A DNA stretch of 64,000 bases from Desulfobacterales bacterium (GTDB taxonomy: Bacteria; Desulfobacterota; Desulfobacteria; Desulfobacterales; SpSt-501), in contig JBGSTS010000223.1 of the NCBI GenBank assembly GCA_041736435.1, positions 1,169 to 65,168 of the forward strand, given 5' to 3'. How positions within the stretch are numbered: position 1 is the first letter of the stretch; every line of letters starts with the position of its first letter. Positions 36,839 through 45,049 of this stretch are shown here, one piece after another. A program made the position numbers and the translations under genes. The notes under the pieces were generated by a model, which saw nothing but the letters and a program-made list of their open reading frames with translations, made no database searches and was not told where the DNA came from.

Positions 36839-36874
36839 GTTCGACAGTCGCAGACAAACCTGGGTTCGACAGTC
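36839..36874. repeat. 11-bp exact direct repeat GTTCGACAGTC x2, start-to-start spacing 25 nt
   Basis: Read directly, at 36839-36849 and 36864-36874. Lies about 155-190 nt upstream of the minus-strand sigma54 element. Confidence 0.6.
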
Positions 36875-37295
36875 ATAGGCAAACGCTGTAGGGTATAACA
36901 AAACAATTCGGGTTGTTGCGATTAGAGACCGATTCAGCGTGTGTCTATGGTTTTAAGGGGTGGTTTCGAGCTTCATAAAGGGCTTGGGAGGAGTGATCTT
37001 CAGTTTTTTTAGTATGTTGGCTTGATCGGCGCTGAGCGCGGTGTGCCGGAGAACACGGTTTTTTTCATACAAAAATTCACCAAGATGCAGCCGCTGCATG
37101 ATCCGGCGGATTGCAGCCTAAATCATCTTGGTCAGCGCAAGAAAACCGATAAGCATAGGGGAAATGACACGACTAATCTTTAACACTGCTGCCTGGGTCG
37201 AATACTGACTCTGGCAGCAGGGGATAGGGATTAGCAGATCAAGGACACGGTGAGAATTTTCAAAGCCGGGGCGCGGGTGGGTGCTCCGGTAAATG

Positions 37296-37484
37296 TCAGC
37301 TTTTCTTGTCCCCCTCGATTTTATCGGGTCCCTTGTCCTTTTTTTCCTCGTCATCGGCGGCGCCTTTAAAGTTCTTGATGGCTTTACCGATTCCGGAACC
37401 GATTTCCGGCAGCTTGCCGGCCCCGAAAATGATGAGGATAATCACCAGGATGATGATGAGTTCCGGCATGCCTATTCCAAACAT
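37296..37484 (-). CDS. tatA: twin-arginine translocase subunit TatA/E
   Basis: [40 protein letters not shown] followed by an acidic tail. Confidence 0.9.
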   Translation of the reverse strand: MFGIGMPELIIILVIILIIFGAGKLPEIGSGIGKAIKNFKGAADDEEKKDKGPDKIEGDKKS

Positions 37485-37499
37485 GATGCCTCCTCCGAC

Positions 37500-38027
37500 T
37501 CAGGGCTGCTTGAACTCCTGAATCAGCCGTAAAAATTCTTTTGATTTCACGTAGCGGTCGATGCTTCCCTGGTAGTCGATCCACTTGCGCCAGGAGTCGA
37601 GCCACTCATCGTTGTGCCAATAACAGTCCGGGTCGCCCCGTCCCTGGAGTCGTTCGATATAGTCCACATACTCGTTCTCGCAGGCGTCGCAAAACCGGTA
37701 GGGAACCCGCGAATGAGGGCAGTGGTTTTCGATTCCACCCGGCTCCGGCTCAACCTGGGTTCCGCACTTTTCGCACTTTAAGCTGCAGCCGGTGCATTGG
37801 ACCACGCGCCGGACGGCGATGGCCTTCTGCTGGAGCTTCACGGCTGCTTTTTTTCCGCGGGCCAGTTCGATCTTGTCGTCGAGTGGGATGATGTCGGCCA
37901 AAGAGCACCTCTTACCAAATGAAGAACTGACGGCGCCGGCCGAAGCCTGCTGTGGTTTTTGTATAGCATCGGCCCTCCCGGCTGTCAATTCGCTCCGGGT
38001 GCCGCAGTTCCGGCCAAAGATTGACAC
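37500..38027 (-). CDS. hypothetical Cys-rich (zinc-ribbon-like) protein immediately upstream of tatA
   Basis: CTGCSLKCEKCG...CPHSRVPYRFCDACENEY. No family recognised. Confidence 0.45.
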   Translation of the reverse strand: MSIFGRNCGTRSELTAGRADAIQKPQQASAGAVSSSFGKRCSLADIIPLDDKIELARGKKAAVKLQQKAIAVRRVVQCTGCSLKCEKCGTQVEPEPGGIENHCPHSRVPYRFCDACENEYVDYIERLQGRGDPDCYWHNDEWLDSWRKWIDYQGSIDRYVKSKEFLRLIQEFKQP

Positions 38028-38133
38028 CCCTCAGCGATTCATCTATAGCAACTCAAAAGTTGAATGATGTTGGATATATCCTGCCGGGCCTAATGGATGC
38101 CGGCGACTAAATTTTTGGAATGAAGTAGCGCCC

Positions 38134-39207
38134 ATGGCTTTGAGTTTTAAAGGAAACTGCCTGCCCTGCCTGATCGGCAGCCTGCCGCTGACGAATTACG
38201 TCGAGGCGGCCCGTCTGGTGTGGGAGCACACACCGGAGATCCCGCTTTGGGTTCAGCTGCCCAAGATGCCCGGCGAGAGCATTACCCGCCAGTTCGCTGC
38301 CGGCATGCCGGGGCTGACGGAAGAGGGCGGGCGGGCGCTCATCGACACGGCGGCCACTGATTTCGAAGAGAGCCTGCTGAGATTCTACGAAGAGGCCCTG
38401 GCGGTAGAGGGTGGATCAGCGGGCCTGGACCGCTCGCGCTTTGCCATGACCGCTGATTCCGCCGCCGGCTTCTTCGAGCTGATCCGTCAGACGATGGCGC
38501 GGACGCCGCTGCCGCTCGCCGTCAAAGGACAGATCGTCGGCCCGCTGACCTTCGGCACCAGTCTCCACGGCCGCGACGGCAAGGCGATCTTTTACGATGC
38601 CCAGCTGCGGGACGCCTCGGTCAGGCTGCTGGCCCTCAGGGCTCGCTGGCAGGTGCGGCGCCTTGCAGCCCTCGGCCGTCCGGTGCTGCTATTCATCGAC
38701 GATCCGGCCGTCACCGGGTTCGGTTCTTCGATCTACATCGGGCTGGGGCGTGAGGAGGTCACCGAGAGCCTCGGGGCGATGATTGACGCCGTCCACCAGG
38801 AAGGCGGTCTTGCGGGTGTCCACATCTGTGCCAATGCCGATTGGACCCTGATCCTGGAGTCGTCGGTCGATATCCTCAGTTTCGACGCCTACGCGTTTTT
38901 CGATCAGTTTGTGATCTACCGGTCCGCGATCCGTCGCTTCGTTGAACGCGGCGGAATGATTGCCTGGGGCCTGATCCCGACCCTCAGCCCGGAGGACTTG
39001 GAGCGCGAGACCTGCACCTCCCTGTATGGGCAGTGGGAAGCCAAGTTTGAGCAGGTCGCGAAGCTCGGGATCGATCGGCGGCAATTGACGGCGCAGTCGC
39101 TGATCACCCCGGCCTGCGGCATGGGGACACTGAGCGAGGCTTTGGCGTTAAAGGCGTTGAAGCTCACACGGGAGCTTTCGGACAGAATACGAGCGAACAA
39201 CGAGTAA
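38134..39207 (+). CDS. hypothetical TIM-barrel protein, cobalamin-independent methionine synthase (MetE C-terminal)/URO-D superfamily-like
   Basis: Weak resemblance only: HICANADW and ITPACGMG look like the His/Cys zinc ligands of Meth_synt_2-type proteins. Confidence 0.35.
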   Translation: MALSFKGNCLPCLIGSLPLTNYVEAARLVWEHTPEIPLWVQLPKMPGESITRQFAAGMPGLTEEGGRALIDTAATDFEESLLRFYEEALAVEGGSAGLDRSRFAMTADSAAGFFELIRQTMARTPLPLAVKGQIVGPLTFGTSLHGRDGKAIFYDAQLRDASVRLLALRARWQVRRLAALGRPVLLFIDDPAVTGFGSSIYIGLGREEVTESLGAMIDAVHQEGGLAGVHICANADWTLILESSVDILSFDAYAFFDQFVIYRSAIRRFVERGGMIAWGLIPTLSPEDLERETCTSLYGQWEAKFEQVAKLGIDRRQLTAQSLITPACGMGTLSEALALKALKLTRELSDRIRANNE

Positions 39208-39297
39208 CCACCAGTGATGCGTCAGCGCAAATTGTAAAAAAGCAACGCGTAACGAGATGTCAATAACGAGCAACTTCAACCACCTGGCCGAGGAATC

Positions 39298-40149
39298 ATG
39301 ACCCAACTAAATGAAATTAAACGCTTTGCCGGCGGCTCGCATTATGTCCTGGACGAAGAGCTCGCCAAGATCGTCAATATCTCAATGGCATTGGAAATGC
39401 CGTTGCTGCTCAAGGGCGAACCGGGCACCGGCAAGACCATGCTGGCCTATGCCATCGCCGAGGCGCTGAAGATGCCGTTGATCGTGTTGAATGTGAAATC
39501 CAGCATGAAACTGGTGGAGGCACTCTACCAGTACGATACGCTCACGCGCCTGAACGACAGCCGCTTCGGCGACTCCAAACGCGATGTCAGCCGGATCGAG
39601 GATTACATCCGCATGGGCAAGATCGGGCAGGCGTTTACGGCGGAGGCCCGCACGGTGCTGCTCATCGACGAGATCGACAAGGCTGACACCGACTTCCAGG
39701 ACGATATGCTCGACGTGCTCGATCAGATGGAGTTTGACATCATCGAAATCGACAAGACGGTGGCGGCCCGGCACCGCCCCGTCATTATCATTACCTCCAA
39801 CGCCAAGAAGGACCTCTCCGATCCCTTCCTGGGACGCTGCAACTTCCACCACATTGCTTTTCCTGACCCGGACATGATGCGTCGCATCGTGGGGGTGCAC
39901 TTCCCGAACATTCAGGCGGACCTCATGGAGAACAGCATCGGCGCATTTTATCGGGTGCGCCAGATCGAGGGCGTGGAGAAGCGGCCGGCCACGAGAGAGC
40001 TGATCAACTGGGTCCGTGCGCTCCAATCCGACCCGGACTTCAACCCTCGGCAGCTGGCCAAGGGCGAGCTGCCCTACCTGGGGGTGCTGTTCAAAAAAAG
40101 CCAGGACCACCAGCGCGCCCGTGAGGCCTTCAGCCGAAGGCGCCTATAA
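39298..40149 (+). CDS. MoxR-like AAA+ ATPase
   Basis: LLLKGEPGTGKTMLAYAIAEAL (Walker A), VLLIDEIDKA (Walker B), IIITSN (sensor 1). Size is about 280 aa. Confidence 0.8.
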   Translation: MTQLNEIKRFAGGSHYVLDEELAKIVNISMALEMPLLLKGEPGTGKTMLAYAIAEALKMPLIVLNVKSSMKLVEALYQYDTLTRLNDSRFGDSKRDVSRIEDYIRMGKIGQAFTAEARTVLLIDEIDKADTDFQDDMLDVLDQMEFDIIEIDKTVAARHRPVIIITSNAKKDLSDPFLGRCNFHHIAFPDPDMMRRIVGVHFPNIQADLMENSIGAFYRVRQIEGVEKRPATRELINWVRALQSDPDFNPRQLAKGELPYLGVLFKKSQDHQRAREAFSRRRL

Positions 40150-40278
40150 GGCACAGGGCTTGGAGCATAGAACCGTTAATGATTGAGGTTCACGGTTGGA
40201 AAAGTACGAAAACCGGGAAAACCCCACCGTTGAATCCATGAACCGCTGAACCTTCTTTTTAGACACTAGACTAACCAC

Positions 40279-41469
40279 ATGTTCGTCGACTTCTTCTACA
40301 AGCTGCGGCAGGTCGGCATCCCGGCGAGCCCCACGGCGTTTCTCACGCTGCACCGGGCCCTCGGTGCGGGCCTGGTGGGCTCGCTCGAGGATTTTTATAC
40401 AGCGGCGCGCTCAATTCTGGTCAAGAGCGAGCGCTATTTCGATTTGTTCGACCAGGTCTTCGCCCATCACTTCCAAGGGGCGGACATGCCTGATCCCAAG
40501 GGGCTCGAGCTGGACGCGCTGGCGCGCTCGATGCTCGAGATGTGGCTGCAGAAGCCGCAGGAACTGGCGCAGCTGCTCGGCATGGACGAAAAGGCCTTGC
40601 TCGATCTCACCCCCGAGCAGCTGATCGAGTATTTCAAAGAGCGTCTGAAAGAGCAGGCCGAGGCCCACCACGGCGGCGGCAAGTGGATCGGCACGGGCGG
40701 TTATTCACCGGTCGGCCACTCCGGCTATCACCCCGGCGGCATGCGGGTCGGCGGGGTGTCCGGCGGCAAGTCGGCCGTGAAGGTGGCTCTGGAAAGGCGC
40801 TACCGGGACTATTCGCAGGAGGGCCCTTTGACCGAGGCCTTGATGGGAGAGGCGCTCAAGCGCTTGCGGCACTTGACGCCCCATGGCCCGAAAGACCGGG
40901 TGAACGTCGAGGAGACCATCTACCGCATGACCAAAAACGGCGGGGAGATCGAAATCGTCTTCGACCGCGCCCTGAAAGACAAGCTCAAGGTCATTCTGGC
41001 CATCGACAACGGCGGTTGGTCCATGGACCCTTACATCCCCCTTGTCCAGACGCTGTTCGACTATGCCCGCGCCCAGTTCAAGGAGCTCAAGACATTTTTT
41101 TTCCACAACACGATTTACGGCACCCTCTGGGGCGACCCGGCGCGCTACCAGAAGCCGCAGCCGATCGCTGAGTTCGCGCGGTTCGACCCGGAAACACGGC
41201 TGGTCATCATCGGCGATGCCAGCATGGCGCCCTATGAGCTGATGGCGATGGACGGCTCGATTTATGCCGAAGAGCGCAGCGGCCGCCCGAGCTTGGAGTG
41301 CCTGGCCTTCTTGGCCAAAACCTTCCGCCATGCGGCTTGGCTCAATCCCAAGCCGCTCGCCTCCTGGAACTACACCCGCACCATTCTCGCCGTCCAGAAA
41401 ATCTTCCCCATGTTCGAGCTCACCATCGACGGCCTGGAGCAGGCGGTGGGCCACCTGATGAAGAAATAG
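40279..41469 (+). CDS. VWA-domain protein, CoxE-like (partner of the MoxR ATPase)
   Basis: N-terminus MFVDFFYKLRQVGIPASPTAFLTLHRAL... is typical of CoxE-like proteins. C-terminal VWA-like region: ILAIDNGGWSMDPY...VIIGDASM. Confidence 0.7.
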   Translation: MFVDFFYKLRQVGIPASPTAFLTLHRALGAGLVGSLEDFYTAARSILVKSERYFDLFDQVFAHHFQGADMPDPKGLELDALARSMLEMWLQKPQELAQLLGMDEKALLDLTPEQLIEYFKERLKEQAEAHHGGGKWIGTGGYSPVGHSGYHPGGMRVGGVSGGKSAVKVALERRYRDYSQEGPLTEALMGEALKRLRHLTPHGPKDRVNVEETIYRMTKNGGEIEIVFDRALKDKLKVILAIDNGGWSMDPYIPLVQTLFDYARAQFKELKTFFFHNTIYGTLWGDPARYQKPQPIAEFARFDPETRLVIIGDASMAPYELMAMDGSIYAEERSGRPSLECLAFLAKTFRHAAWLNPKPLASWNYTRTILAVQKIFPMFELTIDGLEQAVGHLMKK

Positions 41470-41557
41470 CTGGAGCCGGAGATTTCAGGGATCAAGGGCT
41501 AAAGTGACAAAGGTTACGACTCTCTTTCATTCAGCAGGATTCGGAAGGAGGCCAGCA

Positions 41558-42091
41558 ATGCGGATGTCGGGCAAAAAAATCGCCGTCCTAGCGGCTGAAG
41601 GCGTCGAAGATCTCGAATTCTATGTCCCTCTGATGCGGCTGCAGGAGGAGGGCGCTGATGTCCTTGCTGTCGGCCTGGAGTTGAAAACCGTCCGAGGCAA
41701 GAATGGCCTCGTCATTGCCCCGGATATACGTTTGGACGCGCTTCGCAGCGAGGATCTTGCTGCTGTGATCGTGCCCGGCGGCTGGGCGCCGGACAAGCTG
41801 CGGCGCGATCCGCAGGCGACCCGCCTGATCCGGGAAATGGATGCAGCCCGAAAAATTCTGGGGTTCATTTGCCACGGGGGGCTGGTGGCGATTTCGGCCG
41901 GGATCGTTCGGGGCCGGAAAGCAACCGGCTCGCTGGGCATAAAAGATGACCTGGTGAATGCCGGGGCGACCTGGGTGGACGCACCTGCCTTTCGAGAAGA
42001 TCATCTGGTCTGGGGGCGGGTGGTGGCCGATATCCCGGCGTTCTGCCGCGAAATGGTGGCAGCGCTGAATGCCGTAGAGACGTCGCGGTAA
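41558..42091 (+). CDS. DJ-1/PfpI-family protein
   Basis: Start at ATG 41558 (GGAAGGAGG upstream). KIAVLAAEGVEDLEFYVP...VIVPGGWAPDKLR...GFICHGG (nucleophile elbow Cys-His). Confidence 0.8.
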   Translation: MRMSGKKIAVLAAEGVEDLEFYVPLMRLQEEGADVLAVGLELKTVRGKNGLVIAPDIRLDALRSEDLAAVIVPGGWAPDKLRRDPQATRLIREMDAARKILGFICHGGLVAISAGIVRGRKATGSLGIKDDLVNAGATWVDAPAFREDHLVWGRVVADIPAFCREMVAALNAVETSR

Positions 42092-42099
42092 AACAGCAT

Positions 42100-42486
42100 C
42101 TATTTCAAATCGACGGCACGAATGACTCCGTCTTTAAAGTAGAACCGGTGATAGGTCGGACGTGGCGGATCGCCCTTGAACCCCTGAACGAGCGCAACCG
42201 ACTCCCAAACCGGATCGCCCTTCTCCAGATCCCTCTCCGGGATTGAAGCGTCCAGAAGCTTGAGCCGTGGCGCCTCGATCGACAAGACCCTGACCCGGTC
42301 CGGGTCATCGGAGTTCATCCTCAGCCATGAAATGATGCGGATCTCGTAATCCGAAGGGGCCTGCTCCGCGCTGGTTTGCGGCGAGTCAGGCGTCGGCGCC
42401 TGATCCTTGGTCTTCGTCGACGCTGATGCGCACGAAATCAGCCAGACCACCATGCATAAAACGATCAGAATCTTCATAGAGCCCAT
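42100..42486 (-). CDS. small predicted lipoprotein, unknown function
   Basis: MGSMKILIVLCMVVWLISCASAS (lipobox LISC). The start among 42525, 42486 and 42477 is uncertain. Confidence 0.5.
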   Translation of the reverse strand: MGSMKILIVLCMVVWLISCASASTKTKDQAPTPDSPQTSAEQAPSDYEIRIISWLRMNSDDPDRVRVLSIEAPRLKLLDASIPERDLEKGDPVWESVALVQGFKGDPPRPTYHRFYFKDGVIRAVDLK

Positions 42487-42551
42487 CCGGTTTGCAGACC
42501 TTGGTGTCGCCTCGCCTTTCTCCACTGTGTCATACTAACGCCTCACCGCCC

Positions 42552-43193
42552 CTAAGTCGAGGGATTCATAACAAGAGGAGCTTTGTCGGCGCTTGGACAG
42601 CAGGTAATGCTCAGTCGGCGCTGGGGCAGGATGATGTCGCCTTCGCCGGCGGGCTGGAGGCGGTTAATCCCCCGGTGGGTGAACCGGCCCCCGACGGAGA
42701 CCATCACCCCGGGTGCGGGCTGCAACGGCACCCCGACACCGGCCATGGCGGCGAGAGCCCCGGCCTATGGCCCGGCGGAGTTCACCACGAGATCGGCACT
42801 CAAGCAATAGGTGCGGTGGCGGCGGAGGTCCAGAAGCTCGGCGCCGGTGACGTTGCGGTCGGCGGTCTGCAGGTCCGCAGCCGCGGTGACGTTGTGGATG
42901 TCGGCCCCGTTGGCCCGGGCCGATGCAAAAAGTGCATGGGCAGCCTGCAGGCGTCCATGGAGGCGTCGGGCACCTCGACGGCCGCGCAGAGGGAAGGGTT
43001 CAGGGCCGGCTCCAGTTCCAGGGCCTTCCGGGCCGGGAGTGAGCGGGTCGGAATGCCGGTTTCCCCGCAGCCGTCCAAGAAGCGCTCTCGATGGGTGAGG
43101 TCTTCTTCGTCCAGGGCCACGAAAAAACCGCCGTTCGGCTCGATTGCCTGGGGGGCAAGCCGCCGCAGAAGCTGGTTTTCCTTCCAGCACTCC
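42552..43193 (-). pseudogene. remnant of an FAD-dependent glycerol-3-phosphate dehydrogenase (GlpA/GlpD-like): 5'- and 3'-truncated, one frameshift, one nonsense codon
   Basis: Three minus-strand pieces read consecutively as one protein: SKECWKENQLLRRLAPQAIEPNGGFFVALDEEDL...GIPTRSL...ALELEPALNPSLCAAVEVPDASMD / RLQAAHALFASARANGADIHNV...LSADLVVNSAGP* / AGALAAMAGVGVPLQPAPGVMVSVGGRF...INRLQPAGEGDIILP. The frame changes near 42948-42958. TAG at 42765-42767 sits where a Trp (AGPW) is expected. The FAD GxGxxG N-terminus is missing, and the remnant abuts the permease stop at 43194. Confidence 0.7.
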
Positions 43194-44012
43194 TTACTTG
43201 ATTCCAGAGCGCATGAAGCTTTGCACGAACTGGCGCTGGAACAGGAGAAAGGCGATCAGCAGCGGCGATACGGCCAGCAGGGTCCCGGCCGAGATGACCG
43301 AGAAGTTGACCCCGGACTCAGGCGCGCCAAAGATGGACAGGCCCACGGTGAGCGGGCGGGTGTTGGTCGAGTTGGTGATGACCACCGGCCACAAAAAGTT
43401 GTTCCAATGGTAGCTCACCGAAACCAGGCCGTAGGCCAGGTAGGTCGGCCGCGCCAATGGGACATAGACCTTGAGCAAAATAGCCAGCCGGCCGGCGCCT
43501 TCCACGCGCGCGGCGTCCTCCAATTCCCGGGGGACCTGCTTGAAGGCCTGGCGCAGGAGGAAGATCCCGAACGCTGAGCCCATGTAGGGCAGGCCGATCC
43601 CCAGGATTGTGTCCACCAAGCCGAGTTTGCTGGTCGTCAGGTAATTTTGCACGATGAGCACATCGGGCATGATCATGATTTGGACCAGAACCAGAATGAA
43701 AGCGATCTCCTTGCCCGGGAACTCGAAGCGGGCGAACGCGTAGGCCGCGAGCGTGCAGAGAACCAGCTGCCCGGCCAGGGTCATGCACACCAGCATGAAG
43801 GTGTTCAGAAAATAGCGGGCAAAGGGGGCGACTTTCCAGGCCGAGCGGAAATTGTCCAAGGTCAGGGGGGCTGCCAGGTCGAAGCGGCTCACGAAATCCA
43901 TGGGGTGAAAGGCCGCCCAGGCAGCATAGAGCAGGGGTGCGGCCCACAGAAAGGCCAGAAACCAGGCCGCAATCTCTTCCAGGCGGTGCCCCCCGTCTTT
44001 GCCGCGAATCAT
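43194..44012 (-). CDS. ABC transporter permease (CUT1 family, UgpE/MalG-like)
   Basis: ORF trimmed to ATG 44012 (MIRGKDGG...), a 4-nt ATGA overlap with the upstream permease. EAA-like loop: RQAFKQVPRELEDAARVEGAGRLAILLKVYVPLARP. Confidence 0.85.
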   Translation of the reverse strand: MIRGKDGGHRLEEIAAWFLAFLWAAPLLYAAWAAFHPMDFVSRFDLAAPLTLDNFRSAWKVAPFARYFLNTFMLVCMTLAGQLVLCTLAAYAFARFEFPGKEIAFILVLVQIMIMPDVLIVQNYLTTSKLGLVDTILGIGLPYMGSAFGIFLLRQAFKQVPRELEDAARVEGAGRLAILLKVYVPLARPTYLAYGLVSVSYHWNNFLWPVVITNSTNTRPLTVGLSIFGAPESGVNFSVISAGTLLAVSPLLIAFLLFQRQFVQSFMRSGIK

Positions 44013-44920
44013 TGGTAGTGAACCCTTTTTTCCATATAGGCGAATTGCGTAATGGCCAGCCCGCCCAGAATCACCAGGAGGACCACGGTCAGCGTGGAGG
44101 CATAGGCCGTGTCCCAAAAACTGAAAGCGACTTCGTAGATGTAATAGAGCAGCAACGACGACGCGTTGTCCGGTCCGCCCTTGGTCAGAATAAAGATGTG
44201 GTCCACAAGCTTGAAGGAATTGATGGTGGCGTTGACGACGACAAAGAGTGTCGTCGGCATCAGCAGCGGCAACGTCACACGCCGGAAAAAATACCATCGG
44301 CCGGCGCCCTCGAGGGTGGCGGCCTCCTCCAGCTCGGGGGGGATGCCTTGCAGTGCCGCCAGGTAAAAAATCATGAAAAACCCCGCGTCCTTCCAAATGG
44401 CCAGCACCATCAGGCAGCCCAATGCGGTGTTGGGATCACCCAACCAGTTGTGGCTGGCAAATCCCCAAAGGCTGCGAATATTGTCGAGCAGGCCGATCTG
44501 AGGCGTGTAGAAAAAAAGCCAGATGTTGGCCACCGCGATCATCGGCAGGATGGTCGGTGTGAAATAGGCGGCGCGGACGACGGCCCGTCCGGCCAGCTTG
44601 CCGTTGACCCACACCGCCATCAGCAGGGCCAGGCTGACGCTGACGGGGATGGTCCCCACGGAATAGACCAAATTGTTGCCCAATACCTGCCAGAAGACGG
44701 GGTCGCTCACCATACCGGTGTAATTGTCCAACCCGACAAATCGACTGGGCCGGCCCTGGCGCGACGTTGAGAAAAAACTCAAAAAAAAGCTGCCCACGAT
44801 CGGGAAATGGGTGAAGGCCACCATCAACACCGATGCCGGCAGCAGCAGTAGCCACGCATACACCCAGCGCGCGGTTTTGGGATTCAAGCGCATGATTGTC
44901 ACGGTTTTCAGCCCCGGCAC
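44009..44920 (-). CDS. ABC transporter permease (CUT1 family, UgpA/MalF-like)
   Basis: EAA loop YLAALQGIPPELEEAATLEGAGRWYFFRRVTLPLLMP. The start is either GTG 44920 or ATG 44893. Confidence 0.85.
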   Translation of the reverse strand: MPGLKTVTIMRLNPKTARWVYAWLLLLPASVLMVAFTHFPIVGSFFLSFFSTSRQGRPSRFVGLDNYTGMVSDPVFWQVLGNNLVYSVGTIPVSVSLALLMAVWVNGKLAGRAVVRAAYFTPTILPMIAVANIWLFFYTPQIGLLDNIRSLWGFASHNWLGDPNTALGCLMVLAIWKDAGFFMIFYLAALQGIPPELEEAATLEGAGRWYFFRRVTLPLLMPTTLFVVVNATINSFKLVDHIFILTKGGPDNASSLLLYYIYEVAFSFWDTAYASTLTVVLLVILGGLAITQFAYMEKRVHYQ

Positions 44921-45049
44921 CCGTACATTCCCCGTCCCATCGGGAAAAGGAAATTCGACACATCGGTCTGGATAGGGGAAAGGGGGGCGTCGGTTCAGCC
45001 CCCTCTTGATCCGTTCTGTTCATTAAGATATCGGCGCAAGCCGATATCT

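Larger units (their letters stand above)
23830..37290. other. lower-G+C accessory block (candidate horizontally acquired island) between ssb and tatA
   Basis: Sampled lines inside the block (for example 25501-25560 and 27721-27960) are about 40-50% G+C. Flanks (for example 20401-20460) are about 65%. No integrase, transposase, tRNA or terminal direct repeat was found. Confidence 0.55.

Noticed and set aside
36837-36880. GGTTCGA-containing strings (CCTGGGTTCGACAGTC), considered as a tRNA 3' fragment or attachment site marking the island end
   Set aside because: No T-arm or acceptor pairing can be drawn. No matching copy exists at the other island boundary near 23830, and there is no integrase. 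It is kept only as a direct repeat.
36953-37099. 48-aa minus-strand ORF (MQRLHLGEFLYEKNRVLRHTALSADQANILKKLKITPPKPFMKLETTP) that vaguely resembles a mobile-element protein fragment
   Set aside because: It has no Shine-Dalgarno and is below any reliable length. I cannot name a family from memory. It would need a database search before being called.
42492-43577. 361-aa plus-strand ORF
   Set aside because: It lies antisense to the glpA-like remnant and the ABC permease. The sequence is low-complexity and Arg/Gly/Pro-rich. The opposite strand carries recognisable protein sequence.
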